NCBI GenBank assembly: GCA_023150805.1
Contig: JAKLKF010000021.1
Location: forward strand, 1 to 64,000
DNA length: 64,000 nt
Direction of reading: 5' to 3'
Source of the DNA: Myxococcota bacterium
GTDB lineage: Bacteria; Myxococcota_A; UBA796; UBA2385
In this document: in pieces, positions 63,094 through 64,000 of the stretch
Position numbering within the stretch: the stretch's first letter is position 1
Layout: the number at the start of each line of letters is the position of its first letter
The notes under the pieces: generated by a model
The model's database searches: none
Seen by the model: only the letters and a program-made list of their open reading frames with translations
Told to the model about the DNA's origin: nothing
Made by a program: the position numbers and the translations under genes

Positions 63094-64000
63094 GGCCGCT
63101 CCAGCCCCTGCGCGAAGGCCAGGATCCGCCGCGCCCGCGCCTGCCAGTCCAGCGCGGCCACGGCCTGCAGCGCCCTCCCGGCCCGCGCCGCGGCCGCCCC
63201 CGGATCCGCCAGCGTCGCCCGGATCCCCGCCGCCAGCGCCGCCGGGTCGTCGGCCGCGACCAGCACCGCCAGCGACGGGTCGAGCACCTCGCGCAGGCTC
63301 GGCAGGTCCGAGGCGACGACCGGGCGGCCGCTGGCCATGTACTCCAGCAGCTTGAGCGGCGAGGTCTCGTGGCGCGACTCGTAGGAGGAGCCCACGTTGG
63401 GCAGCACCAGCACGTCGGCGGCCTTCAGCCAGCCGGCCACCTCGCCCCGCGGCACCCGGCCCAGCACCTGGACCCTCGGCCCCGCGTGCGCGGCGCGGAA
63501 GCGCGCCACGTCCTCGTCCCGGCCGCCGAGCAGCAGGACTCGCGTGTCCCCGTCCAGCAGCGGCGCCGCGGCCACCAGGGTCTCGACCCCCTTCCAGGCG
63601 TGCAGGTGGCCGCTGTAGAGCACCAGCCGGGCCTCGTCCGGCAGCCCCAGCGCCGCGCGGACCCCCGGGCGCGGCGTCGCCGCCTGGAAGGCCGCCACGT
63701 CGACGCCGTTCTGCGCGACCAGGATGCGCGCGGCGGGCACCCCCAGCTCCGACGACAGCCGCAGCGCCTTCGCCTGGTTCGTCGAGACCACCCCCGCCGC
63801 CCGCCGCAGCAGCGCCCCGTAGAGCGACAGGGCCCGCACCGGCAGCTTGTGCACCTCGACCAGGGTCCGGGCCCAGGGCGCGCAGGCCGCCGCCGCCACC
63901 TCGTCGCGGGACAGCACCAGCTCGGGCCGGGCCCGGGCGCAGGCCCGCCCCGCGGCAGCCGCGAAGGACAGCCGCTGGGGCGCGCTGGCCAGCGGCCGGC
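63075..64000 (-). CDS. Glycosyltransferase family 4 (5' partial relative to window: N-terminus beyond window end)
   Basis: C-terminal GT4 domain (SYESRHETSPLKLLEYMASGRPVVASD). Frame stays open to position 64000. Confidence 0.7.
   Translation of the reverse strand, partial: RPLASAPQRLSFAAAAGRACARARPELVLSRDEVAAAACAPWARTLVEVHKLPVRALSLYGALLRRAAGVVSTNQAKALRLSSELGVPAARILVAQNGVDVAAFQAATPRPGVRAALGLPDEARLVLYSGHLHAWKGVETLVAAAPLLDGDTRVLLLGGRDEDVARFRAAHAGPRVQVLGRVPRGEVAGWLKAADVLVLPNVGSSYESRHETSPLKLLEYMASGRPVVASDLPSLREVLDPSLAVLVAADDPAALAAGIRATLADPGAAAARAGRALQAVAALDWQARARRILAFAQGLERPYSSRA

Overview
This is a ~64 kb, very GC-rich (~70-75% by eye) chromosomal segment that looks like it comes from a Myxococcales genome. 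The evidence is two proteins ending in MYXO-CTERM sorting signals (Gly-Cys, then a hydrophobic stretch, then an Arg-rich tail), PF11617-type cysteine-rich 'putative metal-binding' repeats, and many lipoproteins with DGG/TDGG low-complexity linkers. The extreme GC bias makes both strands almost stop-free, so most long Arg/Gly/Pro-rich ORFs in the track are shadow frames. I called genes from protein-like composition, GC3 bias, recognisable motifs and start/stop coupling. Many genes overlap their neighbours by four bases (ATGA, GTGA or TTGA). Content, left to right: (1) 1-37.5 kb, mostly housekeeping or secreted proteins. These are a secreted thrombospondin type 3-like Ca-binding repeat protein (partial), a KDSR-like short-chain dehydrogenase, a PPP-family phosphoesterase, a beta-helix MYXO-CTERM protein, and a TonB-dependent receptor with a coupled lipoprotein. 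Next come an M28 peptidase-PDZ-propeller lipoprotein, and an operon of an MBL-fold hydrolase, a small membrane protein and a lipoprotein. They are followed by a PlsC-like acyltransferase, a PhoD-like phosphatase, a dCTP-deaminase-like protein, feoAB with a Fur-box-like site, an SPFH-domain protein and a tRNA-Val. Further right are a glycoside hydrolase family 18 MYXO-CTERM protein, two tandem DUF4139 paralogs, galE and a family-4 glycosyltransferase (GT4). (2) ~37.5-43.9 kb is a markedly lower-GC island (locally ~48-62%). It carries a small-protein plus minimal nucleotidyltransferase pair and, convergently, a two-gene module. That module is a large P-loop NTPase (1072 aa) followed 3 nt later by a 770-aa protein with a complete adenosine/AMP-deaminase metal-hydrolase signature. 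This matches the RADAR (RdrA/RdrB) anti-phage architecture. (3) 43.9-64 kb is a Wzx/Wzy-type exopolysaccharide locus: Wza, Wzc, Wzy-like, Wzx, WbaP-like priming transferase, several GT4s, a deacetylase and GNATs. Embedded in it are an acyl carrier protein, an AMP-ligase, LuxE-like and LuxC-like enzymes, a phosphopantetheinyl transferase, and a sulfotransferase-GT4 fusion. This suggests an acylated and possibly sulfated polysaccharide. The most interesting item is the RADAR-like island inserted between galE/GT4 and the rest of the EPS locus.
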